DNA of 64,000 nucleotides from an uncultured Pseudomonadota bacterium. GTDB lineage: Bacteria; Pseudomonadota; Alphaproteobacteria; Rs-D84. Below, in pieces: positions 37,157 through 47,514 of this stretch. The position numbers and the translations under genes were made by a program. The stretch is from NCBI GenBank assembly GCA_902793435.1, contig CADBDF010000001.1:69131-133130 (forward strand), read 5' to 3'. How positions within the stretch are numbered: position 1 is the first letter of the stretch; every line of letters starts with the position of its first letter. The notes beneath the pieces were generated by a model. It was not told the origin of the DNA. It searched no databases and was given only the letters and a program-made list of their open reading frames with translations.

Positions 37157-38779
37157 ATGAGTAAAGATACAGAAAATTTAACCGCATTAAAACCGTCTGT
37201 GCCAGCCGGCATGGAAGGTGCCGAAATAAAAGAAATCATTGATTATTTGTTTTCTAATGGTAATCGTTTATTGACGGCGACTGGGGCAAAAATGGAATTA
37301 TCCAAAGATGTCCAAAGTTTGATTGCGTATTTTTCTGGGGGTGAAATTATTGTTTCGCGAACACATAAATATGATGGTCGTGTGTTGGCTTTTATGGATT
37401 TGTTGCGCGAACGTGGTATGAATTATCGGGAACCGTTCTATTCCGATTTAGGTTTGGTGTCGGCGATATATAAAACATACGAAGAAAGGTTGGGTTCTGG
37501 GGCGCGTCAAAGAAATGATTTCGACAACCAAATGCAGAAAGATTTTGTCGATATTATTGCACGTGCGGCGGCACAAAAGGTTAGTGATGTGCATATCGAG
37601 GTGGCTGACCAGACAACAATTTATTTCCGTATAGATGGTAGTATGCAACCTGTGTTGGAATATAATTCTGGGTGGGGTGAATCTTTTGTTAGAGCGGCCT
37701 TTGCATCGGCGGATATTTCAAATTCAAACTATGCACAAAATGAATATCAATCTGCCCAAAAAGATGGCAGAACACCATTGCGTGGAACGCGTGATTTATA
37801 TTTGCCTGCGGGTGTCACCAGTATTCGTATGCAGTTTAATCCAATCGCGTATGGAACGCGTTATGTTGTTATGCGATTGTTGTATGATAATCCGTCAGAA
37901 GGTATTAAAACAGAACAAGAATTTGGTGAATATGAACAAAGGTTGTTAATGCGTCTGCGTTCGTATCCAACAGGTTTGGTTATTGTTGCGGGTCCAACCA
38001 GTTCTGGTAAATCAACGACATTGGTTCGCAATATGTCGATGATGTTAAAAGAACGTAATTATGAAATAAATATGATTACGGTGGAAAATCCGGTTGAACA
38101 AAAAATTTTTGGCGCACATCAAATGCCTGTCGTAAATGCTATGAACGAAGAACAACGCGATGAAAAATATACCGAGGCTTTGGCGGCGGCATTGCGTAGT
38201 GACCCGGATACATTGATGGTTGGTGAAATTCGTACTTTGGCGGCGGCGCAATTAACGGTGCGTGGTGCGTTGTCGGGGCATAATGTTTGGACGACTTTGC
38301 ATGCGAATTCTGCGATGGCGGCTTTGACACGATTGTTGGATATGGGTATTGAAAGTTTTAAATTAAAAGATGAAACTTTGATGCGTGGTTTGGTGTCTAT
38401 GCGGTTGTTTAAAAAACTGTGTCCGCATTGTCGCGAGGCTTTATCGAATCACCCAGAACATTCGGCATATTCGCGTGTGATGGATGCGTTTGGTGAAATT
38501 GGATTAAAACAAGTTTTTATTAAAGGTCCAGGTTGTAGCGAATGTAATGGTTCGGGCACCATTGGGCGTATCAAGGCCGGTGAAATCATTATCACAAACA
38601 GTGAGTTTTTGCGGATTGCATTGGCGGGAAATACCGATATGGCGGTTAAATATTGGTTGGAAGAAATGGATGGGCGCACATTAAAGGAATCTGCCGCAGA
38701 GTTAATGTTGCGTGGTATTATTGGTGTTGATGAATTAGAACGTTGGGTTGGATTGTTGGACAGACCAGGGGAATATTAA
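37157..38779 (+). CDS. GspE/PilB-family secretion ATPase (R64 PilQ-like)
   Basis: Walker A GPTSSGKST, Asp box, Walker B DTLMVGEIR, His box GHNVWTTLHAN, and the tetracysteine CPHC...CSEC. 540 aa. Confidence 0.88.
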   Translation: MSKDTENLTALKPSVPAGMEGAEIKEIIDYLFSNGNRLLTATGAKMELSKDVQSLIAYFSGGEIIVSRTHKYDGRVLAFMDLLRERGMNYREPFYSDLGLVSAIYKTYEERLGSGARQRNDFDNQMQKDFVDIIARAAAQKVSDVHIEVADQTTIYFRIDGSMQPVLEYNSGWGESFVRAAFASADISNSNYAQNEYQSAQKDGRTPLRGTRDLYLPAGVTSIRMQFNPIAYGTRYVVMRLLYDNPSEGIKTEQEFGEYEQRLLMRLRSYPTGLVIVAGPTSSGKSTTLVRNMSMMLKERNYEINMITVENPVEQKIFGAHQMPVVNAMNEEQRDEKYTEALAAALRSDPDTLMVGEIRTLAAAQLTVRGALSGHNVWTTLHANSAMAALTRLLDMGIESFKLKDETLMRGLVSMRLFKKLCPHCREALSNHPEHSAYSRVMDAFGEIGLKQVFIKGPGCSECNGSGTIGRIKAGEIIITNSEFLRIALAGNTDMAVKYWLEEMDGRTLKESAAELMLRGIIGVDELERWVGLLDRPGEY

Positions 38780-38783
38780 ACGC

Positions 38784-39854
38784 ATGGAAAAATTAGAAAT
38801 TTTATATGCAAAAATGGTGTTCAAATTGAATACCGACAGACGATTGGCGCTGATACGAAAATTGGCGTCGTTGTTGCGTAATAATTTTTCTTTGATGGAC
38901 GCGTTGAGTCGTATAGAAGATATTGAATCTAAAAATGGACGAAAACCCGATGAACCCTTTGCTATTGCGATGCGTATGTGGCAAAAAAATCTGGAAATGG
39001 GACTTAGTTTTGCAGATGCTACGCGTGGTTGGTTGCCTGATTCCGAAATTTTGTTGGTGACATCTGCAAATGTGACAGATTTGGTTATTTCGCTTGAAAA
39101 TCTGGATAGGGTGGTAAATGGTATTACCAAAATAAAACGCGCAATGCGTAATGCGATTGCGTATCCTTTGTTTTTGTTGGCTTTGACATTTGGTATTATT
39201 GTTATGGTTGGTGTGTATTTGGTGCCACCATTGGCATCGGTTGCGGGTCCAAATGTTGTTTTTGGTGGTGCCGCTGGGATTTTAATTACTGTGTCACAGT
39301 TTTGTATAAATTATTGGCATGTTATTGTTGGATTTATGTTGGTTGTTATTTTCTTGGTTTGGGCAAGTTTGGCAAATTGGCGTGGGGGGTTGCGGACTTT
39401 GTTTGATGTTTTGCCACCATGGAGTATTTATAAAATGTATGTGTCGGTTGGTTGGATGATGTCTTTGTCGGCGATGGTGCGTGCGGGTGTTGCGGTGCCA
39501 GATGCAATGCGGACATTGGCAGATAATTCAAACGGATATTTGCGTGATATTTTGGAAAATACTTTGCGGTATATTGCAAATGGTGATAATTTAGGTGTTG
39601 CATTGGATAAAACAGGGCGCGAATTTCCAAATGATGAAATTATCGGCGATTTGACTATATATTCTGAAATGAACGATTTTGGTGAAAATATATCGCGTGT
39701 GGCAAATGATTATTTGGTAAATTCTGTGCGCAAAATGGAGGCTGTATCATCAACATTAAACAGTGTTGGTATTTTGTTGGTGTCGATTATTATTGCGTGG
39801 GTTGTGTTGGCTACTTTCCAAATGCAAGACCAAATTACTATGATGTTATCGTAG
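38784..39854 (+). CDS. GspF/PilC-family inner-membrane platform protein (R64 PilR-like)
   Basis: About 357 aa. Two repeated cytoplasmic T2SSF-type domains separated by TM segments. The ATG at 38784 lies 5 nt after the ATPase stop; the ORF-track start at 38748 overlaps the ATPase. Confidence 0.75.
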   Translation: MEKLEILYAKMVFKLNTDRRLALIRKLASLLRNNFSLMDALSRIEDIESKNGRKPDEPFAIAMRMWQKNLEMGLSFADATRGWLPDSEILLVTSANVTDLVISLENLDRVVNGITKIKRAMRNAIAYPLFLLALTFGIIVMVGVYLVPPLASVAGPNVVFGGAAGILITVSQFCINYWHVIVGFMLVVIFLVWASLANWRGGLRTLFDVLPPWSIYKMYVSVGWMMSLSAMVRAGVAVPDAMRTLADNSNGYLRDILENTLRYIANGDNLGVALDKTGREFPNDEIIGDLTIYSEMNDFGENISRVANDYLVNSVRKMEAVSSTLNSVGILLVSIIIAWVVLATFQMQDQITMMLS

Positions 39855-40116
39855 GGTACCCAAAAAATTTTTCAAATTTTTCGGGGCCCGGGAAACTGCC
39901 CCGTCTTGCAACTGCGTTGTAATCCACCCCTTCTTTTTTGCTTATGCAATAAAAGACGGGGAATTAATAGGGTGTGGTGCTTTTTGTAAAACCCCCTCCC
40001 CACAGGGGCGGAATAACCCCCTCCACCCGCTTTCGCTTCGCTTCAGCGAGGTTCCCCTCCCCAAGCATCACCCACGAAAACTATGTTTTCGCGGGGCCCG
40101 ATTGGGGCGGAATTCC
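39855..40116. repeat. GC-rich, non-coding, internally repetitive block
   Basis: About 50% GC in an AT-rich genome. Repeated CGGGGCCCG (x2), CCCCTCC (x3) and GGGGCGGAAT / GGGGAAT (several). Nested inverted repeats such as CCCCGTCTT...AAGACGGGG. Only junk ORFs. Confidence 0.6.
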
Positions 40117-40283
40117 ACACCCCGTCGCTTATATGCTTTTTGCCCGCCTACGCTAGTGCTTAATTGCACAAAATGGATTAATTTCAAATTATTAATACTT
40201 TTCGCCGAATGCGTTGGCTACGGCGCGGCACTCAATTTTCAATCCTCAACAAAAGTTTCGGTGAAAATTGGTGGGGCGGAATA
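40117..40283 (+). repeat. left copy of a ~165-bp imperfect direct repeat
   Basis: Aligns with 41748-41913. Identical blocks are TATATGCTTTTTGCCCGCCT, GCTACGGCGCGGCACTCAATTTTCA and TCGGTGAAAATTGGTGG. Contains a conserved hairpin CAATTTTC...GAAAATTG with a variable loop. Confidence 0.85.
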
Positions 40284-40292
40284 AAAAATATT

Positions 40293-40321
40293 TTGGTTTT
40301 GGGGTGGTTTTATGCTATAAT
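40293..40321 (+). promoter_or_regulatory. putative promoter of the repeat-flanked gene
   Basis: TTGGTT (40293-40298), a 17-nt spacer, and an extended -10 TGcTATAAT (40313-40321). AAGGAG lies 7 nt before the ATG at 40348. Confidence 0.5.
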
Positions 40322-40347
40322 TTATGTGTTAATAAAAGGAGATTTTT

Positions 40348-41643
40348 ATGCCGGATTTTAAATTTGATTTGGAAACATTTGTTCGCGCGTATATGGATTT
40401 AAAAAAAGAGTGGCAAAATGGGTCCAGAGCTTGTTATGAATTTTGGGACTCTGTTACCCGTGCTATGAATAATAATGATTCAAATGTTAGTGTCAATAAA
40501 GTGTTGGGGGATTATAGAGATATAAAATCTGGGACTGTGAAAAATGTGTTGAAATATATGGACGATGTAAAGGGAAAGCCAGAGGCAAGAGATGTCACAA
40601 ACACAATTCAATTTGTGGCGGAACAAGTGTTTTTCCCAAAACAAAATAGAAAGAGTTTTGATGATAATCTATATTATGATAATACAACATATATGCAGAT
40701 GTTTTTAAATAGAATGAAATCTTTTAAAGATAAACAACTGGTGTATGATGTATTAAAACAGTTTCAAAGTTTTTCAGGATATTATCAAAAACCAGCAGAG
40801 GAAGTTTATAATAATTCTGTCAAAAATCCTGCGAAAGCCGGTGTGTATAAAGATATTGCAACAATGTTGGCAAATAATGAAAATGCAACATTGGAGGATA
40901 TCGCAGAAATGATTTATTTTGTTGAAACACCAGACGAGGCTTTGAAAATTATAAATGATGTTTTCGCTAGAACAGATGAAATTTTAGACAAAGAATTAAG
41001 TAAAGATGTGCCAGGGACAGAAAGGGTTAGAGATATTTTGGCCCAACCATCGTCTGTTGTGAATAAGGTATTAAATTTAAATCAATTAAACCCAAGTTTG
41101 CAGAAAATTTTAAATGTTCGCGATGGGTCCAATGATGAATTCTTTAATCAATTAAAACAATGGTCACAGATGGCAAATAATAAATATGACTTTAATAAAG
41201 TTATTGGGTCTGGTGATGCACAATATGTCACAAATTATGAAAATACATTGGAACAAGAAAATATCGATTTAACAAATCAAAACGAAGAGTTAAAGAAAGA
41301 AAAAGGTGCGTTGGAACAATCCAGAAACCAATTTCGTGATAATTTCGACAGAGAAAAATTGCTGAATAAAAAAATGGAACAAAGATACAATGATGAACGC
41401 GCGGCAAGAATATCTGTGGAAAAAATGTTGCAAAAAGCTTTGGATGTTATTGCAGCGTATGAAAGGGGCAATCAAGAAATTGACAAGGCTGGTGTGTTTA
41501 ACAAAGCCGCGGCAAAGGTCAAAATGAAGGAAGAAGTCGAAAATGCAAAAGATGAACTGAAACGCGCCGAGGCCGAGGAAAAAAAACGTATGGCAGAATT
41601 GGTGGCACGACAAAAGGCAATGGGTGAAGCAATCAGTATTTAA
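40348..41643 (+). CDS. hypothetical protein with a C-terminal coiled-coil
   Basis: 431-aa ORF with its own promoter, RBS and terminator (41649-41675). The last ~130 aa are heptad-like and Glu/Lys-rich. No signal peptide and no catalytic motif recognised. Confidence 0.5.
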   Translation: MPDFKFDLETFVRAYMDLKKEWQNGSRACYEFWDSVTRAMNNNDSNVSVNKVLGDYRDIKSGTVKNVLKYMDDVKGKPEARDVTNTIQFVAEQVFFPKQNRKSFDDNLYYDNTTYMQMFLNRMKSFKDKQLVYDVLKQFQSFSGYYQKPAEEVYNNSVKNPAKAGVYKDIATMLANNENATLEDIAEMIYFVETPDEALKIINDVFARTDEILDKELSKDVPGTERVRDILAQPSSVVNKVLNLNQLNPSLQKILNVRDGSNDEFFNQLKQWSQMANNKYDFNKVIGSGDAQYVTNYENTLEQENIDLTNQNEELKKEKGALEQSRNQFRDNFDREKLLNKKMEQRYNDERAARISVEKMLQKALDVIAAYERGNQEIDKAGVFNKAAAKVKMKEEVENAKDELKRAEAEEKKRMAELVARQKAMGEAISI

Positions 41644-41648
41644 TAGAA

Positions 41649-41675
41649 AATCCCCAAAATATTGGGGATTTTTTA
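41649..41675 (+). terminator. rho-independent terminator
   Basis: AATCCCCA-AAATAT-TGGGGATT followed by TTTTT, 6 nt after the stop. Confidence 0.8.
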
Positions 41676-41747
41676 TAGATAACAGGGGACAGATAACAGA
41701 GTTCAGTTGATGAATTATAAATAATACAATGGGTTATTGTTTTTTTA

Positions 41748-41913
41748 CCACCCCGCTGTTTATATGCTTTTTGCCCGCCTGCGCTAGTTTTTAATTTCAA
41801 AGAACAAATTATTTCAAATTATAAATATTTTTTGTTGAACGCGTTTGCTACGGCGCGGCACTCAATTTTCAGCCCTTTGGCTACGCCTCGGTGAAAATTG
41901 GTGGAGGGGAATT
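41748..41913 (+). repeat. right copy of the ~165-bp imperfect direct repeat
   Basis: See the left copy at 40117-40283. It ends exactly at the stop codon of the minus-strand gene 41913-42482. Confidence 0.85.
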
Positions 41914-42482
41914 TACACCATAAATGGCAGGTTTTCCAAATTACCTTCGGTGACGCGGACATTTACGTCAATTAATACAAATACTGAATCTGGACTGCCT
42001 TGATATTTTTCTGGGATAATATCGTGTGCCAACAAGTGTGATGTATTTACCGTCAGTTTTGTCACCAAGTGGTCGTCGTCCAATAATGTGAAAATTGGCC
42101 CAATGTTCGCCGGGGTATTTGTCCCGATTTCGTGTTCGTTTTGTGGGCAACGCAGTCCGTCCATCAATGTTTTTATACGGTTATCAATATCGCTGCGCGC
42201 AACCCCAACAATTTCAGGGTGTAATAACAAAATATCCAGTTCTGCAATCATTTTCAGGTTTGGACTGATAATTGGGTTCCAATCTATGCCACCAACATGA
42301 CGGGTTATTAACGGTGCCTTGGACGCGTGTGGCAGCATATATTTTGTTAAATTATTCCATGGGCTGTGTTCAACTAACTTTTTCAATTGAGGGTGAAATT
42401 GCATGCGGATATCCGAAATATGCTGGGCCCGTTTTTTAGGATTGACAAATATATCACCTGAATAAATTAATTTAAATTTCAT
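41913..42482 (-). CDS. hypothetical protein, RusA-like endodeoxyribonuclease motif (tentative)
   Basis: 189 aa. ARSDIDNRIKTLMDGL and later LLDDDHLVTKLTV resemble the RusA D.DN..K...D.L ... DD..v..l signature. The rest is not recognisable. Confidence 0.3.
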   Translation of the reverse strand: MKFKLIYSGDIFVNPKKRAQHISDIRMQFHPQLKKLVEHSPWNNLTKYMLPHASKAPLITRHVGGIDWNPIISPNLKMIAELDILLLHPEIVGVARSDIDNRIKTLMDGLRCPQNEHEIGTNTPANIGPIFTLLDDDHLVTKLTVNTSHLLAHDIIPEKYQGSPDSVFVLIDVNVRVTEGNLENLPFMV

Positions 42483-42528
42483 GTGTTTTTTCCTTTAATT
42501 TTTTTGCCTTTTTCCTTGAAAATTATAG

Positions 42529-44995
<2,467 letters not shown>

Positions 44996-45015
44996 TAAAA
45001 AAATAAAGATGCAAA

Positions 45016-45681
45016 ATGTTTTCTGCAAGTTGGTTTTTTGATTTGGAATCACAGTTGCGTGCGCGTGGTTTGGATAGCGATGATAAATCGTTTGATGAAA
45101 TACGCGATACTTTGTCAAATCCAAAAAAATTGTCGCCAACTGCGTTTGCGTCGGCTGTGTCGTATGTGATTTTGGCAAGTGGTTTTAATCAAAATACTGC
45201 GAAAAAAATTCATAAAATTATTATGCCGTTAATGAATCAAAATCCAACCATTGATGATTTGAAAAAGTTTTTTAAAAATGATGTTAAATTAAAATCTATT
45301 ATCAAAGTGTGGCAAAATAAAAATGCGTTTTGTGATGAATATTACAGTTGTAAAAATTTAGATGAAAAAATATCTTGTTTAAAAAAATTGCCATATATTG
45401 GTGATATAACTGTAAATCATTTGGCGCGTAATTTGGGTGAAAATGTTGTGAAATACGACCGGTGGATTCAACGGTTGGGGGCGCTGTACGCAGGAAATCC
45501 GGGTGTTTTTAAATTAATTGATAACGGAAAATTAAATTCGCAAATAAAACAATATTGTGATGATATGTTTGCACATTTGGAACAAGAAACAAATTTACCA
45601 CGCGGATATATTGATGTTGTATTATTTAAATCTGCACAAAATGGTTTAATTAAAGGGTTAAAAAATGGATGTGAAAATTGA
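45016..45681 (+). CDS. hypothetical protein, possibly an HhH-type DNA glycosylase-like protein
   Basis: 221 aa. [17 protein letters not shown]...[10 protein letters not shown] loosely resembles the helix-hairpin-helix of HhH-GPD enzymes. Overlaps the ung start by 17 nt. Confidence 0.3.
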   Translation: MFSASWFFDLESQLRARGLDSDDKSFDEIRDTLSNPKKLSPTAFASAVSYVILASGFNQNTAKKIHKIIMPLMNQNPTIDDLKKFFKNDVKLKSIIKVWQNKNAFCDEYYSCKNLDEKISCLKKLPYIGDITVNHLARNLGENVVKYDRWIQRLGALYAGNPGVFKLIDNGKLNSQIKQYCDDMFAHLEQETNLPRGYIDVVLFKSAQNGLIKGLKNGCEN

Positions 45682-46327
45682 AGAATCTTGGAAATCTGTG
45701 TTGGCAGATGAATTTGATAAAGATTATTTTGTGCGATTGACTGATTTTGTGCGCGGCGAATATTTATCTGGGAAAACAATATATCCGCGTGCGCGTGATA
45801 TTTTTAATGCGTTTAATTTGTGCCCGTTTGATAAAGTCAAAGTTGTTATTATTGGGCAAGACCCATACCATGAACCAGGGCAAGCACATGGTCTTTGTTT
45901 TTCTGTGCCGTCGGGAATTACACCACCGCCATCACTCATAAATATTTATCGTGAAATAGAAAATGATTTAGGGCGGCCGTCATCGACACATGGTGATTTA
46001 ACGCATTGGGCAAATCAGGGTGTGTTGTTATTAAATTCAACATTGACGGTAATTGCACATTTGGCAGCGTCACATGCGGGACATGGTTGGGAACAATTTA
46101 CAGATGCTGTAATCAGTGCGGTCGCAAAAAAAGAACATGTTGTTTATATGTTGTGGGGCAGTTATGCGCAAAAGAAAGCATCATTGGTTGATGGGTCAAA
46201 AAATTTAGTTTTAAAGTCTGTACATCCATCGCCTTTGTCGGCATATCGTGGATTTTTTGGGTGTAAGCATTTTAGTCAGGCAAATGATTATTTGATAAAA
46301 ACAGGGCAAACACCAATAGATTGGTAA
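45665..46327 (+). CDS. ung: uracil-DNA glycosylase
   Basis: [22 protein letters not shown] and HPSPLSA motifs. 220 aa. Confidence 0.93.
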   Translation: MDVKIEESWKSVLADEFDKDYFVRLTDFVRGEYLSGKTIYPRARDIFNAFNLCPFDKVKVVIIGQDPYHEPGQAHGLCFSVPSGITPPPSLINIYREIENDLGRPSSTHGDLTHWANQGVLLLNSTLTVIAHLAASHAGHGWEQFTDAVISAVAKKEHVVYMLWGSYAQKKASLVDGSKNLVLKSVHPSPLSAYRGFFGCKHFSQANDYLIKTGQTPIDW

Positions 46328-46331
46328 TCGT

Positions 46332-46907
46332 TTAGAAATTGTGTGTTATACCAATTCCGTAAAATGCGTAAGAATTATTTTCTTCGGCGGTATTTGCGTT
46401 TGAGAAATGTTGAATAAATAATTCCGTTGCCCATTCTTTGTTGATGTTATAACCAAACATAACTTTGAATTGGAAAACCAACTTTGCGCCCAAGCGCGCG
46501 TTTTCTTTGGCCTGTAATCCAACACCGGCACCGGTTCCCATATAAATTCGTTTATAGCGGAACAGGGCAATATCTTCGGTGACATATCCAATTGGAATTG
46601 TGTAATCTTGCCATTTCCAACCGTTTTTTTCGCCCAACCCAAGTGTCACAGATATATTTAAATTTCTGCGTGCTGGAATACGAAAAAAAGATGTCGGTTG
46701 CGAATATGTGATTGTGCCAATATAAAACGGAACAGGCTTTACAGGTGGTGGTAATAAAATACCGGTATCAAAACCTTGGCCAATACCATAAAACATTTGA
46801 TTTTGATAATTTCCTGTAAATGGGTTGTTGTCAGGTAAAAACATAGATTCAGCCATTGCCATTGTTGGCATCAGTATTGGTAATAAAAATAGTAATTTTT
46901 GTTTCAT
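46332..46907 (-). CDS. PagL-like lipid A deacylase / acyloxyacyl hydrolase family outer-membrane protein
   Basis: Signal peptide MKQKLLFLLPILMPTMAMA, beta-barrel pattern, C-terminal QHFSNANTAEENN...GITHNF with an H-x-S-N motif as in PagL. ATG 46907 is preferred to the ORF-track start at 46943. Confidence 0.5.
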   Translation of the reverse strand: MKQKLLFLLPILMPTMAMAESMFLPDNNPFTGNYQNQMFYGIGQGFDTGILLPPPVKPVPFYIGTITYSQPTSFFRIPARRNLNISVTLGLGEKNGWKWQDYTIPIGYVTEDIALFRYKRIYMGTGAGVGLQAKENARLGAKLVFQFKVMFGYNINKEWATELFIQHFSNANTAEENNSYAFYGIGITHNF

Positions 46908-46991
46908 GGGGTATATTTTATCATATTTTGGAATATAATACAAATTGAATAAAAGTAAAAAAAGACCGAAATAAAAATCGGTCGAATATCA

Positions 46992-47065
46992 TGGTGCCCT
47001 AAGCAAGAATCGGACTTGCGACTCGTCCTTACCAAGGACGTGTTTTACCACTAGACTATTAGGGC
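46992..47065 (-). tRNA. tRNA-Thr (anticodon GGU)
   Basis: The minus strand reads GCCCTAA-TA-GTCT-AGTGGTAA-AACA-C-... with anticodon stem CGTCC/GGACG and loop TTGGTAA. T arm GCAAG-TCCGATT-CTTGC, acceptor TTAGGGC, then A-CCA. There is one C:A mismatch in the D stem, and the T loop has C at position 55. Confidence 0.72.
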
Positions 47066-47160
47066 GACAAGGGCTATTATAGCCGTCGTTTAATAAAAAT
47101 CAACACAAAAACCATTTTTTACTGGATTTTTATTTTTTTGCATCTATAATGCACAACATT

Positions 47161-47237
47161 GGCGGAGTAGCTCAGCTGGTTAGAGCAGCGGAATCATAAT
47201 CCGCGTGTCGGGGGTCCGAGTCCCTCCTCCGCTACCA
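47161..47237 (+). tRNA. tRNA with CAU anticodon (elongator Met or Ile2-lysidine)
   Basis: GGCGGAG-TA-GCTC-AGCTGGTTA-GAGC-A-GCGGA-ATCATAA-TCCGC-GTGTC-GGGGG-TCCGAGT-CCCTC-CTCCGCT-A-CCA. G1:U72 wobble, and the T loop has C at position 55. Confidence 0.8.
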
Positions 47238-47431
47238 AGATTAACGACCATTTTTGGTCGTTTTTTTTATAAAGCAGGGACGAGGACCCCTGGGCCGACA
47301 AAATAGCAGGTTTTGCAAATGTAATGTGGCAAAACCGTCGCGATTTGGAAAGGGGCCCACGAATGAAAAGAGTGGGAATATACAGTCCCTCCTCCGCTAC
47401 CAAGATTAACGACCATTTTTGGTCGTTTTTT
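47219..47431 (+). repeat. 48-bp perfect direct repeat (tRNA 3' end plus terminator) flanking a 117-bp GC-rich insert
   Basis: AGTCCCTCCTCCGCTACCAAGATTAACGACCATTTTTGGTCGTTTTTT occurs at 47219-47266 and again at 47384-47431. The repeat starts inside the T loop of the tRNA. Confidence 0.9.
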
Positions 47432-47514
47432 GTTTTATAGAGTAATTTGTTATTGACGATTGTGTTTTTTTGTGTATATTTTATTGGTTAGATTTAAGAT
47501 ATAGGGGATTTGTT

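Noticed and set aside
39974-40284. Two 60-aa ORFs in the GC-rich block after the pilus module
   Set aside because: Pro/Arg/Gly-rich junk translations of repetitive GC-rich DNA. No RBS, and they overlap the direct repeat.
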